Assembly (NCBI GenBank): GCA_946186375.1
Contig: CAMHMZ010000009.1
Location: 1,419-65,418 of the forward strand
Length of the DNA stretch: 64,000 nt
Source of the DNA: an uncultured Clostridia bacterium
GTDB taxonomy: Bacteria; Bacillota; Clostridia; Oscillospirales; Oscillospiraceae
Reading direction: 5' to 3'
In this document: in pieces, positions 9,159 to 19,492 of the stretch
Layout: every line of letters begins with the position of its first letter
Numbering within the stretch: position 1 is the first letter of the stretch
Program-made: the position numbers and the translations under genes
The notes under the pieces: model-generated
Databases searched by the model: none
What the model was told of the DNA's origin: nothing
What the model saw: the letters and a program-made list of their open reading frames with translations, nothing else

Positions 9159-11108
9159 ATGGCCATGAAGAAAAAGACGGCCGCGGAAGCGCCCGTCAAT
9201 GCCGAAGAGCTGATGAAAAAATACGACAGAGAGTCGAACGTCAGGATCTGGGAGGGCGTGCCCGGCAAGATCATCCGCTATGTCTGTGCGGCCTTCTCTG
9301 TCTACTGCATCTGGGTGACGCTGTTCAGCACCATGATGCCGGAGGAAAAGCTGAACCTCTTCCTCGGACTCATGCTCGTGATCGGCTATCTCAACTATCC
9401 CGTCAGCAAGAAGCACGTGCGCCCCAACTATCTGCCCTGGTACGATATCGTCATCATGGTCCTCGGTGCGCTCCCCTTTTTCTACTGCGCGCTCAACGCC
9501 CACTCCATCATCGCCCTGGCCACGCGCGTGACGCGCGATCCCAAGATGGTGATCATGGCCATCCTGGCGATTTTGGCCTATATGGAGCTCTGCCGCCGCT
9601 GTGTGGGCCTCCCGATCCTCTGCGTGGTCGGCGTGCTGCTGGTGTACGCCTTTGCCAACGTCCGCTTCGGCAAGGTGATCTATGACCTCTTCTACACCAC
9701 CACCGGCATCATGAGCACGCCCATCAACGTCTGCGCCAAGTACATCGTCGTGTTCATCATCTTCGGCGCCTTTCTGGAGCGGACGGGTATCTCGAACTTC
9801 TTCATCAATCTCGCCAACTCCATCGCCGGCGCCTCGGCCGGCGGCCCGGCCAAGGTGGCCGTCATCTCCTCGGCCCTCTGCGGCATGGTGTCCGGCTCCT
9901 CCGTGGGCAACACCGTCACCACCGGCTCCGTGACGATCCCGATGATGAAGCGCACCGGCTACAAGCCGGAGTTTGCCGGCGCCGTGGAGGCCGCGGCCTC
10001 GACCGGCGGGCAGATCATGCCGCCCATCATGGGCGCGGCGGCCTTCCTGATGGCCGAGTACATGGGCATCCCCTACGGGCAGGTGGCGCTCAAGGCGATC
10101 CTCCCGGCGGTGCTGTACTTCGCGGGCATCTATATTGCGGTGCACCTCGAGGCGCGCAAGCTCGGGCTCAAGGGCATCCCCAAGGAGGAGCTTCCGAAAT
10201 TCACGAAGCTCCTGCCGAAGGTCTATCTGCTGCTGCCGCTGGTCGTTCTCGTGTGGCTCGTGGCTACGAACCGCCATACCATGCAGTTCTCCGCGGCGGT
10301 CGCCATCGGCATCACGATCCTCGTGGGTCTCTACAACAACCTCGTCACCATCGCCACGCGCAGCCAGGACAAGAGCGACAATCTGAACTTCACCAAGTTC
10401 TTCGACGCGCTCGAGGCGGGCGCGAAGAGCACCATCACCGTGGCGGTCGCCTGCGCGATGGCCGGTCTCGTGGCCGGCTCCATCACCTCGACGGGCCTCG
10501 CCTCCAAGCTCATCACCGCCGTGGTCACCATCTCCGGCGGCCGCGTGCTGATCGCCCTGCTGCTGACGATGCTCTGCTGCATCGTGCTGGGCATGGGCGT
10601 GCCCACCACCGCCAACTACTGCATCATGGCCTCCACCTGCGCGCCCATTCTGATCACCATCGGCGTGCCCCAGGTGGCGGCGCACTTCTTCGTGTTCTAT
10701 TTCGGCATCGTCGCGGATATCACGCCGCCGGTCGCACTGGCGGCCTACGCGGGCTCGGCGATCGCCAAGGCGCCGCCGATGAAGACGGCCTTCAACGCCT
10801 CGAAGCTCGCGATCGCGGCCTTCATCGTGCCCTATATCTTCGCCATGAACCCGGCCATGCTGCTCGTCGACACGACGGCCGTGCAGGTCGTGATGGTGGT
10901 CATCACCTCCATCCTCGGCATCTTCGGCGTGGCCAGCGCTCTCAACGGCCACCTTTTCCGCTCCATCGCCTGGCCCGTGCGTCTGGTGCTGGCGGCTGCC
11001 GGTCTGCTGATGCTCGATCCCACCATGCTCACCGACCTCATCGGTATCGTGCTGATGGCCGCCTGCGTCCTCTGGCAGCGCTTCGGCGGCGTGAAAAAGG
11101 CCGCCTGA
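9159..11108 (+). CDS. TRAP transporter fused permease subunit (TAXI-associated)
   Basis: 649-aa highly hydrophobic protein directly downstream of the TAXI receptor gene. AAAGGAGAG RBS. Confidence 0.85.
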   Translation: MAMKKKTAAEAPVNAEELMKKYDRESNVRIWEGVPGKIIRYVCAAFSVYCIWVTLFSTMMPEEKLNLFLGLMLVIGYLNYPVSKKHVRPNYLPWYDIVIMVLGALPFFYCALNAHSIIALATRVTRDPKMVIMAILAILAYMELCRRCVGLPILCVVGVLLVYAFANVRFGKVIYDLFYTTTGIMSTPINVCAKYIVVFIIFGAFLERTGISNFFINLANSIAGASAGGPAKVAVISSALCGMVSGSSVGNTVTTGSVTIPMMKRTGYKPEFAGAVEAAASTGGQIMPPIMGAAAFLMAEYMGIPYGQVALKAILPAVLYFAGIYIAVHLEARKLGLKGIPKEELPKFTKLLPKVYLLLPLVVLVWLVATNRHTMQFSAAVAIGITILVGLYNNLVTIATRSQDKSDNLNFTKFFDALEAGAKSTITVAVACAMAGLVAGSITSTGLASKLITAVVTISGGRVLIALLLTMLCCIVLGMGVPTTANYCIMASTCAPILITIGVPQVAAHFFVFYFGIVADITPPVALAAYAGSAIAKAPPMKTAFNASKLAIAAFIVPYIFAMNPAMLLVDTTAVQVVMVVITSILGIFGVASALNGHLFRSIAWPVRLVLAAAGLLMLDPTMLTDLIGIVLMAACVLWQRFGGVKKAA

Positions 11109-11227
<119 letters not shown>

Positions 11228-11265
11228 AAAAAAGCCCGCCGGTTTTTCAACCGGCGGGCTTTTTC
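11228..11265. terminator. bidirectional intrinsic terminator
   Basis: AAAAAAGCCCGCCGG-TTTTTCAA-CCGGCGGGCTTTTT between convergent genes. Confidence 0.8.
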
Positions 11266-11267
11266 TG

Positions 11268-11486
11268 TCAGAGGACCTTGTTGATCTCGGCCTCGATCTT
11301 GTCGGCCACGTCCTTGGGGAGGATCTTCTTGCTGACCACGAGATCGAAGATCTCGCCGCAGCTCTTCTTGTTGAACAGCTTGATGGGGTACTTCATCAGG
11401 CCCGGCGCCAGCTCCTTGACGATGGCGGCCGTCTTCGGGTTATCAAAGCATTCCTTGACAGACAGACTTCTGAAATCCATGGTCAT
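11268..11486 (-). CDS. hypothetical small protein (72 aa)
   Basis: ATG behind AAGGAGA. Lysine-rich, non-shadow composition. Sits between a bidirectional terminator and the flavoprotein operon. No family recognised. Confidence 0.5.
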   Translation of the reverse strand: MTMDFRSLSVKECFDNPKTAAIVKELAPGLMKYPIKLFNKKSCGEIFDLVVSKKILPKDVADKIEAEINKVL

Positions 11487-11541
11487 TCTCCTTCGTTTTT
11501 ATTCCTGTTTCCGGGGCTGTCCCGGTCTTGTCCTTAGTTTA

Positions 11542-13152
11542 TCACAGCCGGACCTCGCCGTCAATCCTCGGCAGCGCTGCGAGCAGCGCCTCGGCGCAGC
11601 GCAGACCGTCCACGGCCGCGGAGGTGATGCCCCCGGCGTAGCCCGCGCCCTCCCCGCAGGGATAGAGCCCCTCGATCGCGGCGCAGAGATCCTCGCCGCG
11701 CGGGATGCGCACCGGTGAGGAGGAGCGCGTCTCGGGCGCGGTGAGCACCGCGTCGGGCGCGTCAAAGCCCTTCAGATGTCGCCCCAGCTCGGGCAGCGCC
11801 TTCTCGAGCACCGCCGTGATGCGCGCGGGCAGCACCTCGTGCAGATCGCACCAGACGACCCCCGGCCGATAGCTCGGAAGCACGCGCCCGGGGCCCTCGC
11901 TCGGCCGGTGCAGCAGGAAGTCCTCCGTCCGCTGGGCCGGGGCGCGGTAGTCCCCGCCGCCGCAGGCGTAGCAGGCTTGCTCGATCTGCCTCTGCCAGCG
12001 CAGGCCCGCGAACACGTCTTCTCCCGGAAAGTCCTCCGGCCGGAGCGTCACGAGCAGGGCGGCGTTGGCGTTATCGCCGCCGCGGGAAGAAAGGCTCATG
12101 CCGTTTGTGACGACGCCGCCGGGCTCCGAGGCCGCGGCGATGACCTCGCCTCCGGGGCACATGCAGAAGGTAAAAGCGCTCGTCCCGTCGGGCAGATGCA
12201 CGTTCAGCGAGTAGTCCGCCGCCGGGAGGCCGTCCCGTGCCCGGCCGTACTGCGCGCGGTCCACGTCCGCCTGCCGCTGCTCGATGCGCACGCCCATGGC
12301 GAAGGGCTTGGGCTCCATCCTGAGCCCCTGCGCGTGCAGCGCTTCAAAGGTGTCGCGCGCGGAGTGGCCGATGGCGAGGATCGCGCGGCGGCAGGGCAGA
12401 CTGCTTGTCCCCTCTTTCGTTGCGACCTCGAGACCTGTCAGCGCGCCGTTTTCGATCACAAGGCGCTCGAGGCGGCTGCCGAAGCGCACTTCGCCCCCGA
12501 GGGCGCAGATCGTCTCTCTCAGACTCTGCACCACGCCGACGAGCACGTCCGTCCCGACGTGGGGCTTGGCGTCCCAGACCACGCTCTCGGGCGCGCCGTG
12601 AGCGGCAAACTGCTTCAGGACAAAGCGGATGCGCCTGTCGTGCGTGCCGGTGTTGAGCTTGCCGTCGGAGAAGGTGCCCGCGCCGCCCTCGCCGAACTGG
12701 ACGTTGTTCTCCGGATCGAGCGCGCCCCCGGTGCGAAAGGCCTCCACCGCCGCGCGGCGGGTGCGCGCGTCCTGTCCGCGCTCGAGGACGATCGGCCTCG
12801 CTCCGGCCAGGGCGAGCGCGAGCGCGGCAAAGATGCCCGCCGGGCCGAAGCCCACCACGACGGGGCGCTCCGCCTCCGGTGAAACGCGGGGCAGCGTGTA
12901 TACAGGCTCCTCATAGAGGCTGACGCGCACGTCCTTTGCCCGCGCCACGGCCTTCGCTTCGTCCGTGCGCAGGGAGACGAGCACGGAGCAGACCCAAAAG
13001 AGCTCCGGCTTTTTGCGTGCGTCGAGCGAGCGCTTGTAGAGCCGCAGCTCCTCCAGCGCCTCCTCCGGCACGCGCAGCCGCCGCGCCGCGAGCGCGCGCA
13101 GCGCGTCCATCGGCTCTTCGGCGCCGAGCTTCAGATCGCGGATCAGGATCAT
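11542..13152 (-). CDS. FAD-dependent oxidoreductase (COG2509-like)
   Basis: ORF 11542..13194 trimmed to ATG 13150-13152 (MILIRDLKL), in ATGA overlap with the upstream gene. Dinucleotide fold VVVGFGPAGIFAALALA. Confidence 0.8.
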   Translation of the reverse strand: MILIRDLKLGAEEPMDALRALAARRLRVPEEALEELRLYKRSLDARKKPELFWVCSVLVSLRTDEAKAVARAKDVRVSLYEEPVYTLPRVSPEAERPVVVGFGPAGIFAALALALAGARPIVLERGQDARTRRAAVEAFRTGGALDPENNVQFGEGGAGTFSDGKLNTGTHDRRIRFVLKQFAAHGAPESVVWDAKPHVGTDVLVGVVQSLRETICALGGEVRFGSRLERLVIENGALTGLEVATKEGTSSLPCRRAILAIGHSARDTFEALHAQGLRMEPKPFAMGVRIEQRQADVDRAQYGRARDGLPAADYSLNVHLPDGTSAFTFCMCPGGEVIAAASEPGGVVTNGMSLSSRGGDNANAALLVTLRPEDFPGEDVFAGLRWQRQIEQACYACGGGDYRAPAQRTEDFLLHRPSEGPGRVLPSYRPGVVWCDLHEVLPARITAVLEKALPELGRHLKGFDAPDAVLTAPETRSSSPVRIPRGEDLCAAIEGLYPCGEGAGYAGGITSAAVDGLRCAEALLAALPRIDGEVRL

Positions 13153-14357
13153 GTCCCCAGCCTCCCGGCCACAAAGCCGCTGGCCCAGGCCCACTGCAGG
13201 TTGAAGCCGCCGCAGTCGCCGTCGATGTCCAAAAGCTCTCCGCAGACAAAGAGCCCCGGACAGAGGCGGCTCTCGAGCGTCCCGGGGTCAAAGTCCGCAG
13301 TGCGCAGTCCCCCGGCCGTCACCTGCGCGTGGTCAAAGCCCTCCGTGCCGCGCACGGGCAGCGCCAGGTCGAGGCAGGCGCGCGCGGCGCGGCGCAGCGC
13401 CGCCTCGTCGAGGGAAGAGAGCGGGGCCGCCGCCGGGAGAGCGGCATATTTGACGAGCATGCGCCCGAGGCGGTTGTGCACAAGGCCGGTCAGAAGCTCC
13501 GAGGCCTCGAGTTCCGGACAGCGCGCCCGCCGCGCGCGCAGGAGTTCCAGGATCTCCTCTTCCTCCAGCGGCAGCAGCCGCGCGTGCAGGCACAGAGCCC
13601 CGCCCTCGGTCGCCGCGGCGCGCGAGAGATCGAAGGCCGCCGGGCCGGAGACGCCCTTTTCGGTAAACTGCAGCTCGCCCTCGCTCTGCGCGAGGATCTC
13701 CTCCCCGCGCATGAGGCGCAGCGAGCAGGGGGCGCGCACGCCCTTGAGCGCGCGCGGATAGTCCGGCTCCGTCAAGATCTGCACCAGCGCGGGATGCAGC
13801 GCCGTACGCCGGTGGCCGAGGGGCTTTAAGAGCTCATAGCCGTCCATGACGCCGCCGAGCGAAGAGCCCGCGGCGCCGCCGCAGGCGACGATCACGCAGT
13901 CCGCGCGCGTCTGTCCGTCGTCGGTGACGAGGGAAAAGCCCCCGCCGCGGCGGGAGAGGGAACGCACAGGCTCGGCGCAGCGCAGCTCTACACCCGCGGC
14001 GTCGAGCGCCAGACGCAGCACGTCCAGCACGGAATTGGCGGAATTTGAAAGCGGATAGACGCGCCCGCCGTACTCCTCCACGGTCAGAAGCCCGAGCTGG
14101 CGGAAAAAGCGCCGCGCCTCCTCCGGTGGAAAGGTCTCCAGCACTTTGCGCGCAAAGGCCGGCTCCTGCCCGTGATAGCGCGCGAGTGAGGCGCCGGTGT
14201 TCGTGAGGTTGCAGCGGCCGTTGCCGGTGGAGAGGAGCTTGCGGCCGAGGCGCTGCTGCCGCTCGTAGAGGAGCACGCGGTTTTCGCCGCTTTTCGCCGC
14301 CGTCAGCGCCGCCATCATGCCCGAGGCGCCGCCGCCGATCACTGCAACCGTCTTCAT
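13149..14357 (-). CDS. HI0933/BaiN-like NAD(P)/FAD-dependent flavoprotein
   Basis: MKTVAVIGGGASGMMAA Rossmann motif and TGNGRCNLTN block characteristic of the HI0933 family. Confidence 0.8.
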   Translation of the reverse strand: MKTVAVIGGGASGMMAALTAAKSGENRVLLYERQQRLGRKLLSTGNGRCNLTNTGASLARYHGQEPAFARKVLETFPPEEARRFFRQLGLLTVEEYGGRVYPLSNSANSVLDVLRLALDAAGVELRCAEPVRSLSRRGGGFSLVTDDGQTRADCVIVACGGAAGSSLGGVMDGYELLKPLGHRRTALHPALVQILTEPDYPRALKGVRAPCSLRLMRGEEILAQSEGELQFTEKGVSGPAAFDLSRAAATEGGALCLHARLLPLEEEEILELLRARRARCPELEASELLTGLVHNRLGRMLVKYAALPAAAPLSSLDEAALRRAARACLDLALPVRGTEGFDHAQVTAGGLRTADFDPGTLESRLCPGLFVCGELLDIDGDCGGFNLQWAWASGFVAGRLGT

Positions 14358-15367
14358 GCTCTCTCCTCCTTCACCGGAGTCAGAATGTCATGGGCCACAG
14401 GCGTATAGAAGAGGCGGCTGACCTCTGCGGCGTCCCGGGTGGTGTCCAGGATCCACATCAGCTTGGCGAGGGCCGCCTCGCTGGTCATATCATAGGCCTC
14501 CAGCACGCGCGGATCATCCTTGAGGCGGTGGCCCACCTGGTAGACCGAGAGGTCCGAGCCCTCGTTCTGCACCTGGGTGGTCATCACGAGGAAGCGCCCG
14601 GCTTCGGTATGCCGGCGTACGGCGGCGAAGAAGTCGTCCCCCTCGTAGCTGGGCAGGCCGCCCACGCCGAAGCACTCCAAAATCAGCGCGTCCGTGCGGC
14701 CGAGCATATAGTCGAGCAGAGCGCTGTCGACGCCCGGCACCATCTTCAGCAGGCCCACGCGCCGATCCAGCCCCTCGTGAAAGACGGGCTCGGGCAGCCA
14801 GTCCGGCTCGATATAGGTCAAAAGCTGATGGTCGAGCAGGGTGCCGAGATCGGGGTAATTGATGCTCGAAAAGGCCGTGTAGCTCTTCGAGCAGGTCTTG
14901 CGCGCGCGGGTGCCGAGGATGACGCGGCCGCTGAAGACGATGCAGACCCCGTGCACCTTTTCCGAGCAGGCGCAGACAAAGGCGTCGGTCAAATTGGTGC
15001 GCGAGTCGGTCGAGTCGTAGTTGATGGGCTTCTGCGCGCCGGTGAGGACGATGGGCTTTTTCGCGCCCTGCACGAGATACGAGAGGGCCGCGGCCGTGTA
15101 GGCCATGGTGTCAGTCCCGTGACTGATGACGAAGCCGTCGTAGCGGTCGTAGTTTTCGCGCAGGGCGCGGGCCAGGATCGACCAGTGCCGCGGCGTGATG
15201 TTGGTGCTGTCGATGTTGAAGAGAGACACGCAGTCCACCTCCGCCAGGGCGGAGACCGCCGGGACGAAGCGCAGCAGCTGCGCGGGCGTGAGCTCCGGCG
15301 CGAGGCCCTCCGGCGTGAGCTCCGAGGCGATGGTGCCGCCGGTGCCGAGCATCAGGATCTTTTTCAT
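14354..15367 (-). CDS. ansA: type I L-asparaginase
   Basis: ORF trimmed to ATG 15365-15367. MKKILMLGTGGTIAS catalytic-threonine motif and HGTDTMAYTAA block. Stop overlaps the next start (ATGA). Confidence 0.85.
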   Translation of the reverse strand: MKKILMLGTGGTIASELTPEGLAPELTPAQLLRFVPAVSALAEVDCVSLFNIDSTNITPRHWSILARALRENYDRYDGFVISHGTDTMAYTAAALSYLVQGAKKPIVLTGAQKPINYDSTDSRTNLTDAFVCACSEKVHGVCIVFSGRVILGTRARKTCSKSYTAFSSINYPDLGTLLDHQLLTYIEPDWLPEPVFHEGLDRRVGLLKMVPGVDSALLDYMLGRTDALILECFGVGGLPSYEGDDFFAAVRRHTEAGRFLVMTTQVQNEGSDLSVYQVGHRLKDDPRVLEAYDMTSEAALAKLMWILDTTRDAAEVSRLFYTPVAHDILTPVKEERA

Positions 15368-15522
15368 GGCTTGTCCTCCGGTCACAGAATACTTTCTTTT
15401 CCCTATTATACCAAGAAAACGCCCGCCGCGTAAAGCTTTATTTGACAGAATGGCCGGTTTCCCTTTATAATACGTATTTGTGGTTTTTGAACCGGATCTG
15501 CGCGGGAAGGAGGCGAGTCGAC

Positions 15523-17910
15523 ATGCCGCGTAGAAAGAGAATACTGGCCGCGGTGCTGCTGGCTTCGCTTCTTCTGAGCGCCTGCGGCGCGCCCGCCGCC
15601 CCCGCCGGGGACGACAGCGGCCCGGCGCGCAAGGCCAGGAAGGTCTCGCTGGACACCGGCCCGCTCGTTTTGTCCGAGGTGATGCCGGATAACCGCGCCA
15701 CGCTCTTTGACGCTGACGGCGCCGCCTCCGACTGGATCGAGCTCTGTAACCCCACGGATACGCCCGTGTCTCTCGCGGGCTGGAAGCTCACGGACAGGAG
15801 CGCAGAGAGCGCCTGGCGTCTGCCGGGCACCCGGCTCGGTGCGGGCGAACGGCTGCTGATCTTCGCCTCCGGCAAAAACCGGGAGCAGGGCGAGCTGCAC
15901 ACGGACTTCTCCCTCTCCGAGGGCGAGACGCTGCTGCTGCTCGACCCGCAGGATCAGACGGCGGACAGTTTGACCCTGCCCGCGCTTGAGCCGGACCGCT
16001 CGCTTGTCCGGGATGACGGCGGCGGCTTTGCCTCCTGCTCCTGGCCGACGCCGGGGCAGGAAAACAGCGCCGAGGGCTATCTGGCCTGTCAGGACGCGCA
16101 AACGGCCGAGGGCCCGCTGCTGATCAGCGAGGTGATGACGGCCAACCTTCTCGGCAGCTATGACAGGCGCGTCACGCCCGGGAGCGACTGGGTGGAGCTG
16201 CTGAACATCTCCGACGCGCCCGTGGAGCTTTCGGATTTCTTCCTCTCCGACGACGCGGACGACTATTTTGCACACCGGCTGCCCGCCGGGACGCTGGAGC
16301 CGGGGCAGTATAAGCTGCTTACCTGCCGCGAGGACGGGACGGGCGACCTGCCCTTCTCGCTCAGCGACGATCAGGCGCAGCTCTTCCTCTGCACGGAGGA
16401 CCGGCTGCTCGATGCCATGGCGCTGCACGACCTCCCGCTCGACGGCAGCTGCGGGCGTCTGGACGGCGAGGCGGGCCTCTTCTACTTTGCCAAGGGCACG
16501 CCCGGGGCCGAAAACCCGATCGGCTATCGCCGCATCTCCGCGCAGCCCGTGGACGTGACCCCCGGCGGCTGCTATGACGGCGTGGACGCGCTTGACGTGA
16601 CGCTCAGCGCCGCGCCGGGCGCCGAGATCCGCTACACGCTCGACGGCTCCGTCCCCGACACGGACAGCGCGCTCTACACCGGCCCCGTCCGGCTGGAGGA
16701 GACCGGCGTCCTGCGCGCCGTCGCCTATGAGCGTGACGCGCTGCCCAGCCGCGTTCTGACGCAGACCTATTTCCTCAACGAGGACTTCAGCCTGCCCGTC
16801 GTCAGCCTCGTGCTGGACGACCCCAGGCAGTTCAAGCGCACCTACGACAACAAGATCAAGCACTTTGAAATGCCCGGCAGCATCGCCTTTTACGAGGAGG
16901 GCGGCTCCTTCTCCCTTCCCTGCGGCGTCACGCTCAGCGGCGCGACCAGTCTGGATCTGCCAAAAAAGAACCTCAGTGTCCGCTTCCGCGGTGCCTACGG
17001 CAGCGAGTGGCTGGACTACGATCTCTTCGACGGCGGGGTCGACCGCTTTGCCAGTCTGACGCTGCGCGCCGGACAGGACTATTATTTCAGCGTCATCCGC
17101 AACGAGCTCTGCCAGGATCTCGCGCTGGAGTTTTCCGACCATCTGCTCGTCCAGCGCAGCCGCTTCTGCGTGCTGTATGTCAACGGCAGCTACTTCGGCC
17201 TCTACGCGCTCAAGGAAAAGGTGACGCGCCAGCTCTACGCCTCGACCTTCTCCGTCAGCAAGGACAGCGTGACCATGGAGGAGGCCTCGGTCCGGCCGCG
17301 CGACGCCTTTTTCCGCGAGGTCTATGCCTTCGTCATCGGCCGCGATATGTCCAACGACAGCAATTACGCGCAGCTCTGCCAGCGGCTGGACATCGACAGC
17401 CTTGTCGACTGGGCGGTGCTGGAGGGCTATTTTGCCAACAACGACCTGCTCAGCGGCAACCTCCGCTACGTCCGTTCGCTGGAGGACGACGGGAAATGGC
17501 GTCTCGTCTTCTTTGACCTCGACGCCGCCCTGCACCGGCGGGAGCTGTCCTTCACCAACGTCCTCGGGCCGGAGCGCACGCAGCAGCAGATCACCCAGAT
17601 CCTGCGCTCGCTGCTGAACAATCCCTCCTTCCGGGAAAAGCTGATTGCCCGCACGGCCGAGGCGCTGCGCGGCACGCTCGCCCCGGAGCACGTCAGGGAG
17701 ACGGCGGAGGCCATGCTCGAGGAGATCGAGCAGGAGCGCCTGCGGGACTTCAAGCACTGGAAGACCTCCGAAACGCGCTTCCAGTTTGAGACAAAGCATA
17801 TGCTCTCCTTCCTCGACGGCTATGACAGCTACGCGGTCAATGCCTTCTGCCGTCTGCTGCATCTGAGCGACGAGGAGCGCAGCCAATGGTTTCCCGAGTG
17901 GGCAAGCTGA
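15523..17910 (+). CDS. CotH kinase-family protein with two lamin-tail-like (LTD) domains, lipoprotein
   Basis: ORF 15442..17910 trimmed to ATG 15523 behind GGAAGGAGG. Lipobox LLLSACG. Two SEVM..DWIEL/DWVEL LTD-like segments. C-terminal two thirds resemble CotH. Confidence 0.75.
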   Translation: MPRRKRILAAVLLASLLLSACGAPAAPAGDDSGPARKARKVSLDTGPLVLSEVMPDNRATLFDADGAASDWIELCNPTDTPVSLAGWKLTDRSAESAWRLPGTRLGAGERLLIFASGKNREQGELHTDFSLSEGETLLLLDPQDQTADSLTLPALEPDRSLVRDDGGGFASCSWPTPGQENSAEGYLACQDAQTAEGPLLISEVMTANLLGSYDRRVTPGSDWVELLNISDAPVELSDFFLSDDADDYFAHRLPAGTLEPGQYKLLTCREDGTGDLPFSLSDDQAQLFLCTEDRLLDAMALHDLPLDGSCGRLDGEAGLFYFAKGTPGAENPIGYRRISAQPVDVTPGGCYDGVDALDVTLSAAPGAEIRYTLDGSVPDTDSALYTGPVRLEETGVLRAVAYERDALPSRVLTQTYFLNEDFSLPVVSLVLDDPRQFKRTYDNKIKHFEMPGSIAFYEEGGSFSLPCGVTLSGATSLDLPKKNLSVRFRGAYGSEWLDYDLFDGGVDRFASLTLRAGQDYYFSVIRNELCQDLALEFSDHLLVQRSRFCVLYVNGSYFGLYALKEKVTRQLYASTFSVSKDSVTMEEASVRPRDAFFREVYAFVIGRDMSNDSNYAQLCQRLDIDSLVDWAVLEGYFANNDLLSGNLRYVRSLEDDGKWRLVFFDLDAALHRRELSFTNVLGPERTQQQITQILRSLLNNPSFREKLIARTAEALRGTLAPEHVRETAEAMLEEIEQERLRDFKHWKTSETRFQFETKHMLSFLDGYDSYAVNAFCRLLHLSDEERSQWFPEWAS

Positions 17911-17976
17911 GGCTGCCAAAAAAGAAAGAACGCGCCCTTCGGCGCGCAGACCCATACGTATAAAGGAGTACCTCCC

Positions 17977-19470
17977 ATGAAAAGATCCCATCTCTGCATC
18001 CTTCTGGCCCTGACGATGCTGTTCTCCCTCGCCGCCTGCGGTGAGAGCGGCAGCACCCCCGGCGGCGAGACCGCCGCGCCCGCGGCCGATGAAACGCCCG
18101 CGCTCTCCGGCGCGGAGATCCAGCTCAACGGCGACAGCGCCTCCTCCCGCGCCAGCGGCATCGCCATCAGCGGCAGCACCGTCACCATCGCCGCGCCGGG
18201 CGAATACGTGCTGCGCGGCACGCTCAGCGACGGCCGCATCATCGTCAACACCGCCGGAAAGGCCGGCGACGTCGTGCTGACGCTCGACGGCGTGGACATT
18301 ACCTGCCTCACGGACTCGGCCATCTATGTGGCCCAGGCGGATGAGGTGGATCTGGAGCTCGCGCCGGGCAGCCATAACGTCATCACCTCCGGCACCGAGG
18401 CCGATATCGAAAAGCACAACGACCAGTCCAGCGGCGCGGCCATCTACGCCGAGGACGACCTCGACATCAAGGGCGAGGGCGCGCTGGAGATCTACGGCTA
18501 CATCAACAACGGCGTCACCTGCAAGGACGACCTCTGCGTCAAGGGCGGCACGGTCAGCGTTCAGGCCACGAACAACGGTCTGCGCGGCTCCGAGTCCGTG
18601 CGCATCAGCGGCGGCACGCTGACGGTCACAGCCGGCAAAGACGGCATCAAGTCCACCTCCGCGGTCAAGGAGGGCAAGGGCTTCGTGGAGATCAGCGAGG
18701 GCTCCGTCAGCGTCGTCAGCGTGGGCGACGCCATCTCCGCCGAGACAGAGCTGACCGTCTCCGGCGGCGTCGTAAAGGTCAGCACCTCGGGCGGCGAGAG
18801 CGTCACGAGCAGCAAGGGCCTCAAGGCCAAGACCGCGCTGACCGTATCGGGCGGCGAGATCCATGTCGAGTCCTTTGACCACTGCCTGCGCAGCGCCGCG
18901 GAGCTGACCGTCTCCGGCGGCAGCATCACCGCTGTCTCCGCCGACGGCAAGGGTCTGAGCGCCGAGGGTGCGCTGCTCATCGGCGGGGGCGAAGTGACCG
19001 TCACCGCGATGACCGACGGCGTCTTCTCCGAGAGCGCCGTGACCGTGCAGGACGGCGTCGTCACCGTCTCCGCCGGGGCCGACGGCCTCAAGGCCGGCAG
19101 CAAGGGCACCGGCTTCGAGACGCCCGTGGGCGCCGTGGCGATCCTGGGCGGCGACGTGCGCGTGACCGCCGCGGAGGACCCCATCGACGCCAAGGCCTCG
19201 CTGCAGGTCAGCGGAGGCACGGTCCTCGCGATCGGCAGCTCAAAGCGGCTCAAGAGCTTTGACGAGGACAGCACGCAGCGCTTCCTCGCCTGGACCTTCT
19301 CCGGCGCGACGCAGAACACGGTCACCGTCTCCGCGGGAGGCGAGGAGCTGGCGAGCATCGTCGCAGCCTACGGCTACAACAGCGTCCTCTTCTCCGCTCC
19401 GGAGCTGAGCGCCGGGACGGAGTACACCGTCGCCAACGGCATCAACAGCGCCCGGCAGACGCTTAACTGA
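17977..19470 (+). CDS. Cthe_2159-like carbohydrate-binding (beta-helix) domain lipoprotein
   Basis: Lipobox SLAACG. Repetitive ..SGGTxTVxAxxDGIKS.. turns typical of PF14262-type proteins, which frequently neighbour CotH genes. Confidence 0.7.
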   Translation: MKRSHLCILLALTMLFSLAACGESGSTPGGETAAPAADETPALSGAEIQLNGDSASSRASGIAISGSTVTIAAPGEYVLRGTLSDGRIIVNTAGKAGDVVLTLDGVDITCLTDSAIYVAQADEVDLELAPGSHNVITSGTEADIEKHNDQSSGAAIYAEDDLDIKGEGALEIYGYINNGVTCKDDLCVKGGTVSVQATNNGLRGSESVRISGGTLTVTAGKDGIKSTSAVKEGKGFVEISEGSVSVVSVGDAISAETELTVSGGVVKVSTSGGESVTSSKGLKAKTALTVSGGEIHVESFDHCLRSAAELTVSGGSITAVSADGKGLSAEGALLIGGGEVTVTAMTDGVFSESAVTVQDGVVTVSAGADGLKAGSKGTGFETPVGAVAILGGDVRVTAAEDPIDAKASLQVSGGTVLAIGSSKRLKSFDEDSTQRFLAWTFSGATQNTVTVSAGGEELASIVAAYGYNSVLFSAPELSAGTEYTVANGINSARQTLN

Positions 19471-19492
19471 AAGTATTCCCGCATTTCTGATA

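Noticed and set aside
8982-10952. 656-aa reverse ORF over the TRAP permease gene
   Set aside because: It is rich in H/D/G/R and has no hydrophobic or catalytic pattern. The plus strand encodes a coherent polytopic permease directly downstream of its receptor gene.
15406-18882. 1158-aa reverse-strand ORF spanning the CotH-like and Cthe_2159-like genes
   Set aside because: It is antisense to two genes with clear family signatures. Its composition is dominated by A/G/R/D/L/V with no motif, signal or RBS. This is the classic shadow ORF of high-GC DNA with few stop codons.
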